A stretch of 61,796 nucleotides of DNA, counting the filler, from Myxococcota bacterium (lineage in GTDB: Bacteria > Myxococcota_C > UBA6777), in NCBI GenBank assembly GCA_023150835.1. It is 3 parts of 3 records of this genome, joined end to end, with 100 filler letters (N's around TTAATTAATTAA, not from the genome) between each part and the next. Parts side by side here need not be neighbours in the genome. Positions count along the whole stretch, not along the records: positions 1 to 27,033 come from JAKLKB010000154.1; 2 more parts are not named here. One strand, 5' to 3'. The translations under genes and the position numbers were made by a program. How positions within the stretch are numbered: the first letter of the stretch is position 1; each line of letters starts with the position of its first letter. The notes below the pieces were generated by a model that was not told the origin of the DNA, did not search any database, and was given only the letters and a program-made list of their open reading frames with translations. This document shows positions 1 to 9,500 of this stretch, piece by piece.

Positions 1-298
1 AGCGATGTCCAAAGCCGAGAACCCTTGACCGCTCCGCCTTGTTGTTTGACAGCCCTCCGCCCTCCTCAACGTCATCCTTTTCCCACATCATTCACAGACG
101 AATATCGCAAAGGCAAGACGCCGCCGATGATCTCGTCCGACTCGCCGACCTCTGGAAAAACAATTGTCAACCCCCACAAAGAAAACATCCCCCCCGACTC
201 CACAACCCACACCGCCATCTCCCACAGCCTAAAATCGGTTCAAAACAACATCCCGCCATCTTTTGGCAACTGCATCACTCCTACCCTATACGAAAAGA

Positions 299-1342
299 TC
301 ACACGTTCCCAAGCACTGTACGACTTTGAGCTTGCAAAAACATCAAGAGGCTGCGCTGCGTTTGTGCGGAAAGCCCGTCCCATCGGGCAGCCTCCTCTTC
401 TCGCAACACAGCCAAGATATCTTCCCAAAGCAGCGCTTCGATCTGGGAGCGTCGAGGATCGTCGATCGTGCGAGGCCGTCCGACTTTCGAGATCGCATTT
501 TGAGCGCGTTGTGGTGTCGCAAGCTCTGTGATCCGCTTCTCCCAAAAAGCGATATCGACCACTTCAGAACGCGAGAGACGCGCAGGGTGCGCAGACCAAC
601 GCTGTGCTTGGTGATAGCGTGCATCTTCCTCAAAAGCCCGATGCTTTCGCTTTAAGAGCGGGCGGATCGGCCCTTTGGGGCTTGCGATCCAGATCGCGTC
701 GGCAGGGCGCAAGACAAAACCTTCGGCCTCGTTCGGCCAAGGCAAAGCAGGAAGCCCCCGCGTCTGTGGGATATGGGTCGAGAATTGCGGGGAAAGCGCA
801 AGCCCGTCTTCCATGCGGCCTCGAAACAACAACGGAGCAGCTTCCATTTTGGCCGAATCTGCGGCTTTTCGCATCGCGTCGTAGTGAAAGAAATGCAGGT
901 TTTGAGATCGATCGAGCCAAGCGATATCAAACACCGCAAAGCCGATATCAGGGCGATAATACACCCCAGTCTGCACAGCTTGAACGCCTTCTTCGAGGGG
1001 AACGTCTGGGTGTGGATACGCCCCGCCGTACAATTCTCCGTACACCCAAACTTCCGTTGCATCGGCCTGTTTTTCTTGTATCTCCCAAGTCATCGGCACG
1101 ACAGCGTCCGAGATCGTCGCATGGATGCGCTCGTGTCCAAAAAACGATTCGTACTCTTCCAAAAAGCCCTTGCGCTTCGCAAAGCGCACAGATCGGCCAT
1201 CACAGACCACACAAAAGTTTGCACCGTGGATCTTTTCTGTGGCGATCCACTCTTGCTTTTGTAGCCGCCGCCAGTCCGAGGCTTCCAACCGCCATGCTTG
1301 GCTGTCTTCGCTGATCTTGGGGTAAGAGAAAAATCCGCTCAT
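299..1342 (-). CDS. T4 Rnl2-family ATP-dependent RNA ligase (347 aa)
   Basis: Nucleotidyltransferase motifs I (TEKIHGANF), III (YGELYGG), IIIa (FAVFDI), IV (EGFVLRP) and V (LLKRK). C-terminal segment TPQRAQNAISKVG resembles the Rnl2 C-domain. ATG at 1342 has GAGGTG upstream. Confidence 0.88.
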   Translation of the reverse strand: MSGFFSYPKISEDSQAWRLEASDWRRLQKQEWIATEKIHGANFCVVCDGRSVRFAKRKGFLEEYESFFGHERIHATISDAVVPMTWEIQEKQADATEVWVYGELYGGAYPHPDVPLEEGVQAVQTGVYYRPDIGFAVFDIAWLDRSQNLHFFHYDAMRKAADSAKMEAAPLLFRGRMEDGLALSPQFSTHIPQTRGLPALPWPNEAEGFVLRPADAIWIASPKGPIRPLLKRKHRAFEEDARYHQAQRWSAHPARLSRSEVVDIAFWEKRITELATPQRAQNAISKVGRPRTIDDPRRSQIEALLWEDILAVLREEEAARWDGLSAQTQRSLLMFLQAQSRTVLGNV

Positions 1343-1377
1343 ATCCACTCACCTCGATAAGAGAAAAATCCGCTCAT
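1339..1377 (-). CDS. Mini-ORF MSGFFSYRGEWI, ATGA-coupled to the Rnl2 start
   Basis: ATG AGC GGA TTT TTC TCT TAT CGA GGT GAG TGG ATA TGA; its stop overlaps the Rnl2 ATG. Translation is unproven. Confidence 0.35.
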   Translation of the reverse strand: MSGFFSYRGEWI

Positions 1378-1403
1378 ATCCGAATAGAGAAAAATCCGCT
1401 CAT
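1374..1403 (-). CDS. Mini-ORF MSGFFSIRI, ATGA-coupled to the HD-Pnk stop and to the next mini-ORF
   Basis: ATG AGC GGA TTT TTC TCT ATT CGG ATA TGA; its start overlaps the TGA at 1400-1402. Translation is unproven. Confidence 0.35.
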   Translation of the reverse strand: MSGFFSIRI

Positions 1404-2743
1404 GCGCGCCCACTCCGAACAGAACGCACCAAGATATCGCGGGAGTCATAGGCCGTACAGCCCTCTGCATCGACAAAGATCGTGCGATGCGCTTCGTGGA
1501 TGTCGGGCCATTCGAGGGCTGCGAACTGCCGTTTTAAGGCCGAAGTGGGGATACTTTTCTCGCGTTGTCGATTGCGCCGAAAGATCTCGTTCATCGGTGC
1601 GCAAAAAACAACTTGGGTCGTGTGTACGCCGTAATCACGGGCGATCTGGATCAACATCGAACGGCTATCCCGACGGAGACTGGTGGCATCCCAGATCACA
1701 TCGCGTCCTTTGCGCAAAGCTTCTTTCAGGCGATCTCGGGCTTGATGCAAAACACGGGTGTTCTCGTGCTGATCGCCCGCATCGCCTGTGACATCTTCGC
1801 GGATCTGATCCAACGATATCACTTCTGAGGAACCTGCATACTTCGTGATCCATGTGCTTTTTCCCGCCCCTGACGGCCCCACCAACAGCGTCAGCGCCCC
1901 GCGCCCTTCGCGTACAAGGCGATAGGCCCGTGACACCGCTTCTTCGGGGCGCGTGTAGAGACCTTCTGCAAGATCCCACAGGCTTTCTCGCCACAGCCGC
2001 TCATGTTGCGTATCGCTCTCGCTGTGAAAGGTCATCCGCAACATCTCGCGCAAAGTATCTGCTCCCCACCCCGCCTGCTTTGCGTACCATCCTTCGAGAC
2101 CCCGTTGGCCGAACAATCCTGCACCTTGCCAGCCACCCGATTCTTCGCAAAGCATCCGAAACAACTCCATGATCTCGATCTGTTCTTGTTGATCGGAACA
2201 GATCCGCCCCAACATATCGGCTTTTTCGAGCAAGTACAGCGCTTGAAGATCGCACGCCTCCGCCAACATCCACTGTCTTCCAAACGAAACGTCGCGTTTG
2301 ACAAAGTGTTTCGGCTCGTGATGCGATCCCACCAACGCCACGATATCCAGCACAAGGCGCACAGGGATCCCCATCTCCAAAAGGCGGTACACCAGATAAG
2401 ACGCCCCACGCTGCGCGTGATGTGGTGCAACGATCCGCAGCCGACCGTCGATCTCTTGTTCGCGGGTGGTCAACGGCTTGCCGATATCGTGAAGAAATGT
2501 CGCCATCCACAGCACAAACCAACGTTCCGCAGAAAACCGCCACCCCTCTATGCGCAACAGTTCGGCCAGCCGTTCCAACACCATCGCGGTATGGATCGCA
2601 ACATCGCCCTCCCCGTGCCATTCGGGATCTTGGGGCGTCACAGACAATTCGCGCAGTAGCGGCAGGGCTTCGGCGCATACTTCAAGGCCATCTTCCCACC
2701 CGATGATTCCGCCCTCTTGGATCGCTTGGAGATACGCTTCCAT
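1400..2743 (-). CDS. HD-domain phosphoesterase fused to an AAA_33 polynucleotide kinase (HD-Pnk end-healing enzyme, 447 aa)
   Basis: PQDPEWHGEGDVAIHT, FLHDIGK, PHHA and ADMLGR (HD domain). GPSGAGKST P-loop, SLDQIR and WDATSLRR (PNK-like kinase). Start moved to MEAYLQ because the ORF-track extension is a repeat element. Confidence 0.85.
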   Translation of the reverse strand: MEAYLQAIQEGGIIGWEDGLEVCAEALPLLRELSVTPQDPEWHGEGDVAIHTAMVLERLAELLRIEGWRFSAERWFVLWMATFLHDIGKPLTTREQEIDGRLRIVAPHHAQRGASYLVYRLLEMGIPVRLVLDIVALVGSHHEPKHFVKRDVSFGRQWMLAEACDLQALYLLEKADMLGRICSDQQEQIEIMELFRMLCEESGGWQGAGLFGQRGLEGWYAKQAGWGADTLREMLRMTFHSESDTQHERLWRESLWDLAEGLYTRPEEAVSRAYRLVREGRGALTLLVGPSGAGKSTWITKYAGSSEVISLDQIREDVTGDAGDQHENTRVLHQARDRLKEALRKGRDVIWDATSLRRDSRSMLIQIARDYGVHTTQVVFCAPMNEIFRRNRQREKSIPTSALKRQFAALEWPDIHEAHRTIFVDAEGCTAYDSRDILVRSVRSGRA

Positions 2744-2795
2744 CACACGCCTCTTCTCGTTTCGCAGATAGGGATCACTTCTTCGGTCGTTTTTA

Positions 2796-2918
2796 TGGGG
2801 CTTTGCCCCATGCCCCACAAGGGAGCGCGGCTCCCTTGACCCCGTGTTGGCGAAGAGAGCATCGTTTTTTGACAGAAACAGCACGATCGCTTGAAAAACC
2901 ACGAACACGGGGTTTTTT
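2796..2918 (+). repeat. Dispersed structured repeat, family A
   Basis: TGGGGCTTTGCCCCA hairpin, AAGGGAGC..GCTCCCTT hairpin, CCCCGTGTT...AACACGGGG stem and T-tract; similar copies occur throughout the window. Confidence 0.8.
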
Positions 2919-2967
2919 ATCCACGAACAGACACCTCTGTTCTCTGGAAGCGGTGTCTCGCTTCGAG

Positions 2968-3606
2968 CTACTTGGGTTGTGCGAGTCCGTTGGGGACGAC
3001 CTCTGCGTGCATCCAATGGACATCGGTTTGAACGTGATGGCTTCGCACCCACTTGGCGACGAAATCTCCGAAGGACTCATGAGTAAACCCGATGGTTCGG
3101 CGGACAACGTACCCCTCGCTGCGCTGTGTGTCGACAGCAAGAGCGAGGCGGCGCAACGCTTTTTCGTTCCAGATCCCTCGGTAGAGTTCTTTGGGGGTTG
3201 AGAGTCCCAACATCGCGGCCCATTCGAGCGTTTCATCCCAAGACAAACTGCAATTGTCATGATCCCAGATCGAAAAGAGCAAAAAATACGATGGCAGTTC
3301 TTCGTAGAAGATCGAGTGGCAAGCGAACAAGTTTTCTCCACAAAGCCGCCATCCTTCGGGCAAAAGATAACCGATCTGCTGCTGAAGCTGTTTGACCCAA
3401 GAACGAGACGGATGGTGTCCTGAAGACAGCGAACGGGCGTGGATGCCGTCTCGATAGAGCGTTGTATTTTCACCGTCCATCTTTTCGGTAACGACCACCT
3501 CACGGCCTTCCCAGACCGAAAGATCCCATACCGTCAGATCATCCTCCCCCACCCCGCAAGACCATGGCAGATGGGGAGTTCGTGGATATTTATAACGTGA
3601 TTCCAT
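2968..3606 (-). CDS. Small ATP-dependent RNA/DNA ligase-family nucleotidyltransferase (212 aa)
   Basis: KYPRTPHLPWS N-terminus, motif I VTEKMDGENTT, CGENL, FLLFSIW, EGYVVR, AKWVR. Start MESRY with GGAG upstream. Confidence 0.88.
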   Translation of the reverse strand: MESRYKYPRTPHLPWSCGVGEDDLTVWDLSVWEGREVVVTEKMDGENTTLYRDGIHARSLSSGHHPSRSWVKQLQQQIGYLLPEGWRLCGENLFACHSIFYEELPSYFLLFSIWDHDNCSLSWDETLEWAAMLGLSTPKELYRGIWNEKALRRLALAVDTQRSEGYVVRRTIGFTHESFGDFVAKWVRSHHVQTDVHWMHAEVVPNGLAQPK

Positions 3607-3883
3607 ACTCCGCGCCTCTCTTGACTCAACGAATGGCCGCATGAACAAAAGCCAGATGGGACGAATTATCCGCAGTCTATCGTCTCTCGGCTCAACGAAT
3701 GGCCGCTTGTACGGTCTGTTGTCTTTGGCGGTTCGTTTCAGCTCCTTCTTTGCGTGAGCGGTCTTTCTTGCTGTGCGGAGGCTTCTTGCCTTCGTTTGAC
3801 GCCTGCGCTAGATTCTCGATACCTTTGAGGGGGTTCCGTCTGTTGATAACCTTCTCCTTCCCACCGCAACGATGGAGGGTGCA

Positions 3884-4402
3884 ATGCTCGCCCGCATCCG
3901 TTTTTTTGGTCTTGGTTGGTGTATGTTTGTGTGTTTGTTTGGAGCGGGCTGTTCGCCTGCGCCTTACACGACGTATCACCGCGTCACGCCGCAGATCGAC
4001 CCGTGGTTTGCGCAAAAAGACCTCGCCACCATCTGCATCTTGCGTGCAGGCCAACACTCTCCCCCCGCAACGGTCGCCTATTTCGATAACCAGCGTTTCG
4101 TCGGAATGACCGAACACAACGGGATTTATTTCTGCTATCTCGCCCAGCCCGGCGTGCATCATCTGATCGCTCGCAGCACCCGCGCTTATCCTGTGCAGAT
4201 CACCTTCCAAGCCCAGCCCAACCAATGCTACTACTTCCGACAAATCCATCGCATACGCAGTTTTAACCTCGAAGAAACCTCCACCACCACCGCCCGCAAG
4301 CTCCTTGTCCATCTGCTCTATGCTTACGTTCGCGCAACCCCCCATGCTCGCCCCCCCTATCGTATGCCTGTCCCTGCCCGCTATGCCCCCTCTTCTTTTT
4401 GA
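3884..4402 (+). CDS. Putative lipoprotein, DUF2846-like
   Basis: Lipobox-like FGAGC; ATICILR...YFDNQRFVG...YFCYLAQPGVHHL pattern; GGAGG RBS. Confidence 0.6.
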   Translation: MLARIRFFGLGWCMFVCLFGAGCSPAPYTTYHRVTPQIDPWFAQKDLATICILRAGQHSPPATVAYFDNQRFVGMTEHNGIYFCYLAQPGVHHLIARSTRAYPVQITFQAQPNQCYYFRQIHRIRSFNLEETSTTTARKLLVHLLYAYVRATPHARPPYRMPVPARYAPSSF

Positions 4403-4438
4403 TTTTTCTTTTTTTTGGACGACTGCGCCGCTGTTCTG

Positions 4439-5173
4439 TCAGATGAAAATAAAGTAGCGCGCCATGATCACATGAACCATTTGATCTGCTGTGGAGGTAC
4501 GAAACCATTGGTTCATATAAGCGAACTCAAGGCGACTGCCTCCCGAAAAAAGATAAAATAATGCGGCAACAGCGCGGTTTTGTGTAAAGCCTGTGGATTT
4601 GCTCCACGAGACCTCGTTGAACGTGAGAAAAAACTCATCCGCGATGCCGATGCCAACGGGAGAATTCGGGTGAAAGTGCCAATCAAAGCGAACCATTTGA
4701 CGAAAACGCACAGACAATCCGGCTTGATCCGCGACAAAGCGTTGTTCCAATCGAGAGCGCAAATACAGCCCGATGGCAAACGGCTTGTATTTCCACTTCC
4801 AAACACCTTGTTGCCAGATGCGATGTTCGATCTGAAAGGGATTGCCGGCCTCTTGGGCATTAAAAAAAGTGGCGTAACCCAAATACACGCCAAAACCGTG
4901 AGGCAGCGTGTAGCCCACCGCAGGGCGAAAAAGCCCCTGAGTATAAGAAAGCCCCCCATCTGCAAGGCGCATTTGCGAATCAAGGTACAAAAAGAGCTTT
5001 CTTTCAAGAACAGGCAGACGTGACTCAATAAAGATCGTCGACCACAGCGAGATGCCCTTGCTTGCTCCCTCTGCGCTGGCGGATCGCGTGTACATCAAGA
5101 CTGTGGTTGCAAACAAAACACTCCAAACAGAACAAAAAACACGCAAGCGCAGGTGCTTGCACGCCCTTTTCAT
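4439..5173 (-). CDS. DUF2490-like outer-membrane beta-barrel protein
   Basis: Signal peptide ending ASA; EHRIWQQ, RSRLEQRF, RFRQMVR, DEFF and QNR motifs; aromatic C-terminus. Confidence 0.75.
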   Translation of the reverse strand: MKRACKHLRLRVFCSVWSVLFATTVLMYTRSASAEGASKGISLWSTIFIESRLPVLERKLFLYLDSQMRLADGGLSYTQGLFRPAVGYTLPHGFGVYLGYATFFNAQEAGNPFQIEHRIWQQGVWKWKYKPFAIGLYLRSRLEQRFVADQAGLSVRFRQMVRFDWHFHPNSPVGIGIADEFFLTFNEVSWSKSTGFTQNRAVAALFYLFSGGSRLEFAYMNQWFRTSTADQMVHVIMARYFIFI

Positions 5174-5451
5174 CGGAATATCTCCTTGCGGAATAACGCT
5201 TTTTTAACCGTAATGGGTTGCGTGGGATGGATGAGAAAGCATCCTTGTTTTTTGGGATGCTGTCGTTGGCGACGGGGAGGCATGGTAGCACCGACGTTTG
5301 CGAGTTCCAAGGAAAATTCGTTCGACTCGAAAAAGAAAGTTGAACCTGTGATCGCCCTGCTCCGTTAGGGGTGCCAGAACAAATCAAACCGCATGGGTAT
5401 TCCCCCTCATTTTCGAGAAAAACAAGCGCCCTTCTTTTTGGAGACCCCACA

Positions 5452-6570
5452 ATGGCGAATTTACAGACGGCGATCCAACCCAACGATCTACGTCCGGGCT
5501 TTGAGTTCGAGACGATCTTCCAAACCAACCGCAAATCCGAAAGCGCCTTTCGGTTTCGGGCCCGCCATATCAACGGACGACGCGCTCCCAAGGTGATCTT
5601 GTGCAACGATGGGCGTGTTCAGCCCGGGAAACCCTGCCAAGTCCGCATCCGCAACATCCGAAAGCCTGATAGCCGTCAGCGCGGATACATCGAAGTGGAC
5701 TTCTTGCGCCAACGGGGCTTTCAGTTGGATGACAAGATCTACGTCGATCCGTTGCAGTTGCGAAAACTCCAAGCGCTGCTCGAAAGCGGGATGAATATCT
5801 TGCTCGATGGCCCCCAAGGTTCGGGGAAAACGGTACTTTCTCGTAAAGTCGCCGAAGCCCTTGGCATGAATTACATCTTTTTTAACTGTAGCGCGATCTA
5901 CGAAGCGACGGACTTTCTGGCTTCGCTTCAGATCCGCGCAGGTGCGAGCGGCCAAGCCGAAACCGTTTGGATCCCCACCGATATCCTGCGCGCTCTCGAA
6001 GCCGCCCACGCCAACCCCGCACAGCGCTATCTGATCTTTTTGGACGAGTTCAACCGCTGCCGCGAGATGGCGCGAAACGGTATCATGCCCGCGCTCGATT
6101 CGACCCGAAAACTCTACAATCCGATCTCTGGCTCCATGCTTCACATCCCCCCGAACGTGATGTGGATCGCAGCCATCAACAACGGTGCGCAATTTACAGG
6201 CACAACCCACGTCGATCCCGCACAAATGGATCGCTTTGCACCGCTCAAGATGGATTATCCGCCACCCGAAGAAGAGATCCGTCTCTTGGCGGCCAAGTAT
6301 CCGCGTGCTTCGCGCAAAGAGATCGATCGCATCGTGCGCGCCGCCAACGCCATCCGCAAGGATGAAGCCCTTCAAGTCGATCTCAGTATGCGCGCCACCG
6401 AAGAAGCCTGTACGCTCCTCGAACATCCGAACTTTGCGGAAGCAACAGGCGATGCCTTGGTCGATATCCTCAAAACCAGCTTTTGTGGCCGTTATCTCGG
6501 TCGCTGGGATGATGAAACCACCGATGCAGGGATGATCTGGCAAGTGATCGTCCGCGCTCTTGAGATCTAA
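5452..6570 (+). CDS. MoxR/CbbQ-type AAA+ ATPase (AAA_5) with a small N-terminal beta domain (372 aa)
   Basis: Walker A GPQGSGKT, Walker B FLDEFNR, AAINNG sensor, DPAQMDRF, SMRA. GGAG precedes MANLQ. Confidence 0.88.
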   Translation: MANLQTAIQPNDLRPGFEFETIFQTNRKSESAFRFRARHINGRRAPKVILCNDGRVQPGKPCQVRIRNIRKPDSRQRGYIEVDFLRQRGFQLDDKIYVDPLQLRKLQALLESGMNILLDGPQGSGKTVLSRKVAEALGMNYIFFNCSAIYEATDFLASLQIRAGASGQAETVWIPTDILRALEAAHANPAQRYLIFLDEFNRCREMARNGIMPALDSTRKLYNPISGSMLHIPPNVMWIAAINNGAQFTGTTHVDPAQMDRFAPLKMDYPPPEEEIRLLAAKYPRASRKEIDRIVRAANAIRKDEALQVDLSMRATEEACTLLEHPNFAEATGDALVDILKTSFCGRYLGRWDDETTDAGMIWQVIVRALEI

Positions 6571-6587
6571 ACCAACGAGAAAAAAAC

Positions 6588-9500
6588 ATGAATCTGCAAC
6601 AACGCTTTGATGAACGCCAAGCCTCTCTAACGCAGGCCAAAAACAGCCAAGGCTCTTTGCGCCTCGAAGCAATTGATGCGCTTGGAAAGGGCGGATACGC
6701 CGACCTCGAAGTCCTGCTATTCTTGCGCGCTGGCCTTGTTGCAACGAGTGTGGGCGAAGGGATGGCTTGTGTGCGCACCCTGTACCGCCTGCAAGGGGAT
6801 ATCTGTTTACCTTGGATCATCGAAGCGCTGCCCTCGATGCCACGGGGCGTTGCGCGAGAAGCCGCTTCTTGGCTCACCGAACAAGGGCATCGCGGCAAAC
6901 GAGAGCTTACACGGCTGCTCGATCACAAAGAAGACACGCTGTTTGCGATGATCTCGGTGCTGTTGTTTGAAGAAGCCCCCGATATGGTAGCCGATTGGTG
7001 CAAGCGCCGTCTTCCTCAACAAGACGAAGCCCGCGCTCAGCGTGCGCTCGGTCTCGCCGTGTATCTGCTTGAGGATGGATGGCAAAAAGAAAAGAAGCCG
7101 AAACGACGCCAACAACGAAACGATATGCTTTTGCTGCTTTTGCGCCAAAAAGACCACGCCAACGAAACCATCCGCGAGGCCGTCGCAAAAGCCCTCAAAG
7201 AAGCCAAAGATCAAGATCCTTTGTTTGTCGCAGCCTTTCGTTTGCCGTCGATGGATGCCCAAGAAAAGCTCGGTGTATTGGGGATGTTGGAAACCAAGGG
7301 CCGCGAACAACACGCCGATTGCATCGAGCCTTTGATCGACGAAACCAACGAAGAAGTGTTTTTGACAGCATTTCGCGTGATCTGCAAACTCGATCCATCG
7401 CGTCGGCACAAATGGTTTGAGCGATGCGTCCAAACCACGGCCTCTTCGCGCTTTTTGACCGCGATCTCGATCACCAAAGCCGCCAACGATCACGAAGTCT
7501 GGAACGATCTGTTGCAAGCCCCCGCCATGTGGGGCGGTATGGAACGCATCGAATCGATCAAAGCCTTGTGCGAAGTGTTTCCTCGCTACAACAACGCCAC
7601 ACGCAAAACAGAGTTCGTCGAGATCCTTCGCCGTTATGCCAGCGATCCGACCGATGGCGTGCGCGAGACGGTCTTTCCGCAGCTTGCGCGCCTCGCGACC
7701 CCCGCAGAGGAAAGCCTCTTCATCGCGGGCGTCTCGGACTCGACGGCTACCGTTCGTGAACATGCCTTGCTCGGACTCCAACAATGCAGCCCCGAAAAAG
7801 CATGGGAACCCGCGATCGCTCTGTGTCGAGATGGCGCATTGACCGTCAAATGCGCTGCATACGGCGTCCTTTTACATGACGTTGCGCGCTGCCCCAACAA
7901 GATCTTTTTACAAGCCTGTCGCGAAGAAGACGCAACACTCCAACAACGCGCAGCTTCAAGCATCTCTCGATTGCCCGAAGCTCTGTTTCGTCGGTTGGTC
8001 GGACCCTTGCTAACCACCCGAAGCCAAACCGTCCAAGCAACGCTCGAACGCATGGCTCCGCTTTGCGAAAAAGACGAACAGTTGGCCTTGTTGCGCAAGG
8101 GTCTGCTCCAAGCCCATCCGAGCGGCATCTCGGCCATCTGCAAGGCTCTTTTTGAGCAAAGCCCGCAGCCGTGGACTGATCTCGAAGAAGCCTTGCCCAA
8201 TATGCGCCCTGTGGTGCGTGCAGCCCTTGTAGCGGTCTTGCGCCTAGACGCTTCGGAACAAGCACACCAGATGTTGCGCCATCTGCTCAAAGATGCGGAT
8301 GCTGAAGTTCGCCGCTGTGCGCTCGAAGCGCTCCAAGAAAAGTCTCGCGAAGAGGCGATGGATGCGGCACTGACGATGCGCGACGACGAAAACGCTGCGA
8401 TCCGCCTTGCCGCGATCCAACTCCTGCGCACACGCACCAGCGATGCAACGTTGGCGCTGTTGCTGCCGATGGCGCGAGACGAAGACGCCAGCGTTCGGCG
8501 CGAAGCGCTCGATGCGTTGTCAGCCTACGATGATCCCGAAGTCTTGAGCGAACTGGTTAGCTCTGTGAACGATGTGGATGAGGATATCAAAACCTTCGCC
8601 AAAGAGCTGTTGCAACGGAACGCAGAAGCTGTCCCCGCGCTGCGCCATGCGCACCGTCGTAGCTTCTTTTGGGACGATAGTGATCTCCCCGCAGGGATGC
8701 CTGTGTGGGAACGCTTGCACCAGCAAGTCGACGAAGTGCGGATGTGGGCAAGCCGTATCGGCCAGCTTTTGCTCGGCGCGCCTGTCTTGGTTCACCAATA
8801 CCGTCAAGGACTTGGCCGAACATGGCGGCGCAGCAAAGACGGGGTGATCGAGATCGAATTGTCGGATACACCGATCACACAAGGGCATCCCTTTGGCGAA
8901 GAGATCGTGAAAGGCTTGGCCCTCCACGAGATCGGACACCACTTGTATGACTTTGGAGTTCGCGGTTTCCCCACCGTTCGAGGGATCGCCCGATCCGAAG
9001 GACTCGGGCACTTGTTTGATGTGTTGATCGACGAACGCCTCGAACGCCGCTTGCGTTCACGACGCCCGATGTGGGGGATCTATTTTGATCGCCTTGCATC
9101 GTACGCCTTTGCGCAGCGTTGGCACCGACTACCGCTCCAAGAACTCGCAACATTCCTAGAGCGTTCGGTCGAAGAAGTGCGCGAAGATATCGCAAACGGC
9201 CTACTGCCCGGGATCTTGGTAGAAGCAGGTGAAGTCCTCACCGAAGGCCGCATGATGGCGCGCTTCTTTGGCGGTTTTCGCAGTCGTCGCATCGAGGATC
9301 TGCGGATCGCCAACGCCGACAGCGTGCTTTTGCGAGACAGCGATCTTCTCCGTATCCCCGACGCTTTAGCGCCCGAAACAGCCTTTTTGTGGTGCTTGCG
9401 CTGCGGCTTTGACCCAACGCTTTCGCCTGATCCACGCATCGCCCAAGCCATCGCCCTTGTGCAAGGTGAGTTCCGTCATCTCGAACATGCCGAGATCTTG

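Noticed and set aside
1-298. Possible gene end at the window start
   Set aside because: No recognisable motif in any frame; candidate ORFs overlap the Rnl2 gene.
2744-3052. N-terminal extension of the HD-Pnk ORF
   Set aside because: It runs through a family A repeat and overlaps the upstream ligase.
3639-3656. Sigma54-like promoter for the repair operon
   Set aside because: GG-to-GC spacing is 11 nt rather than the required 10.
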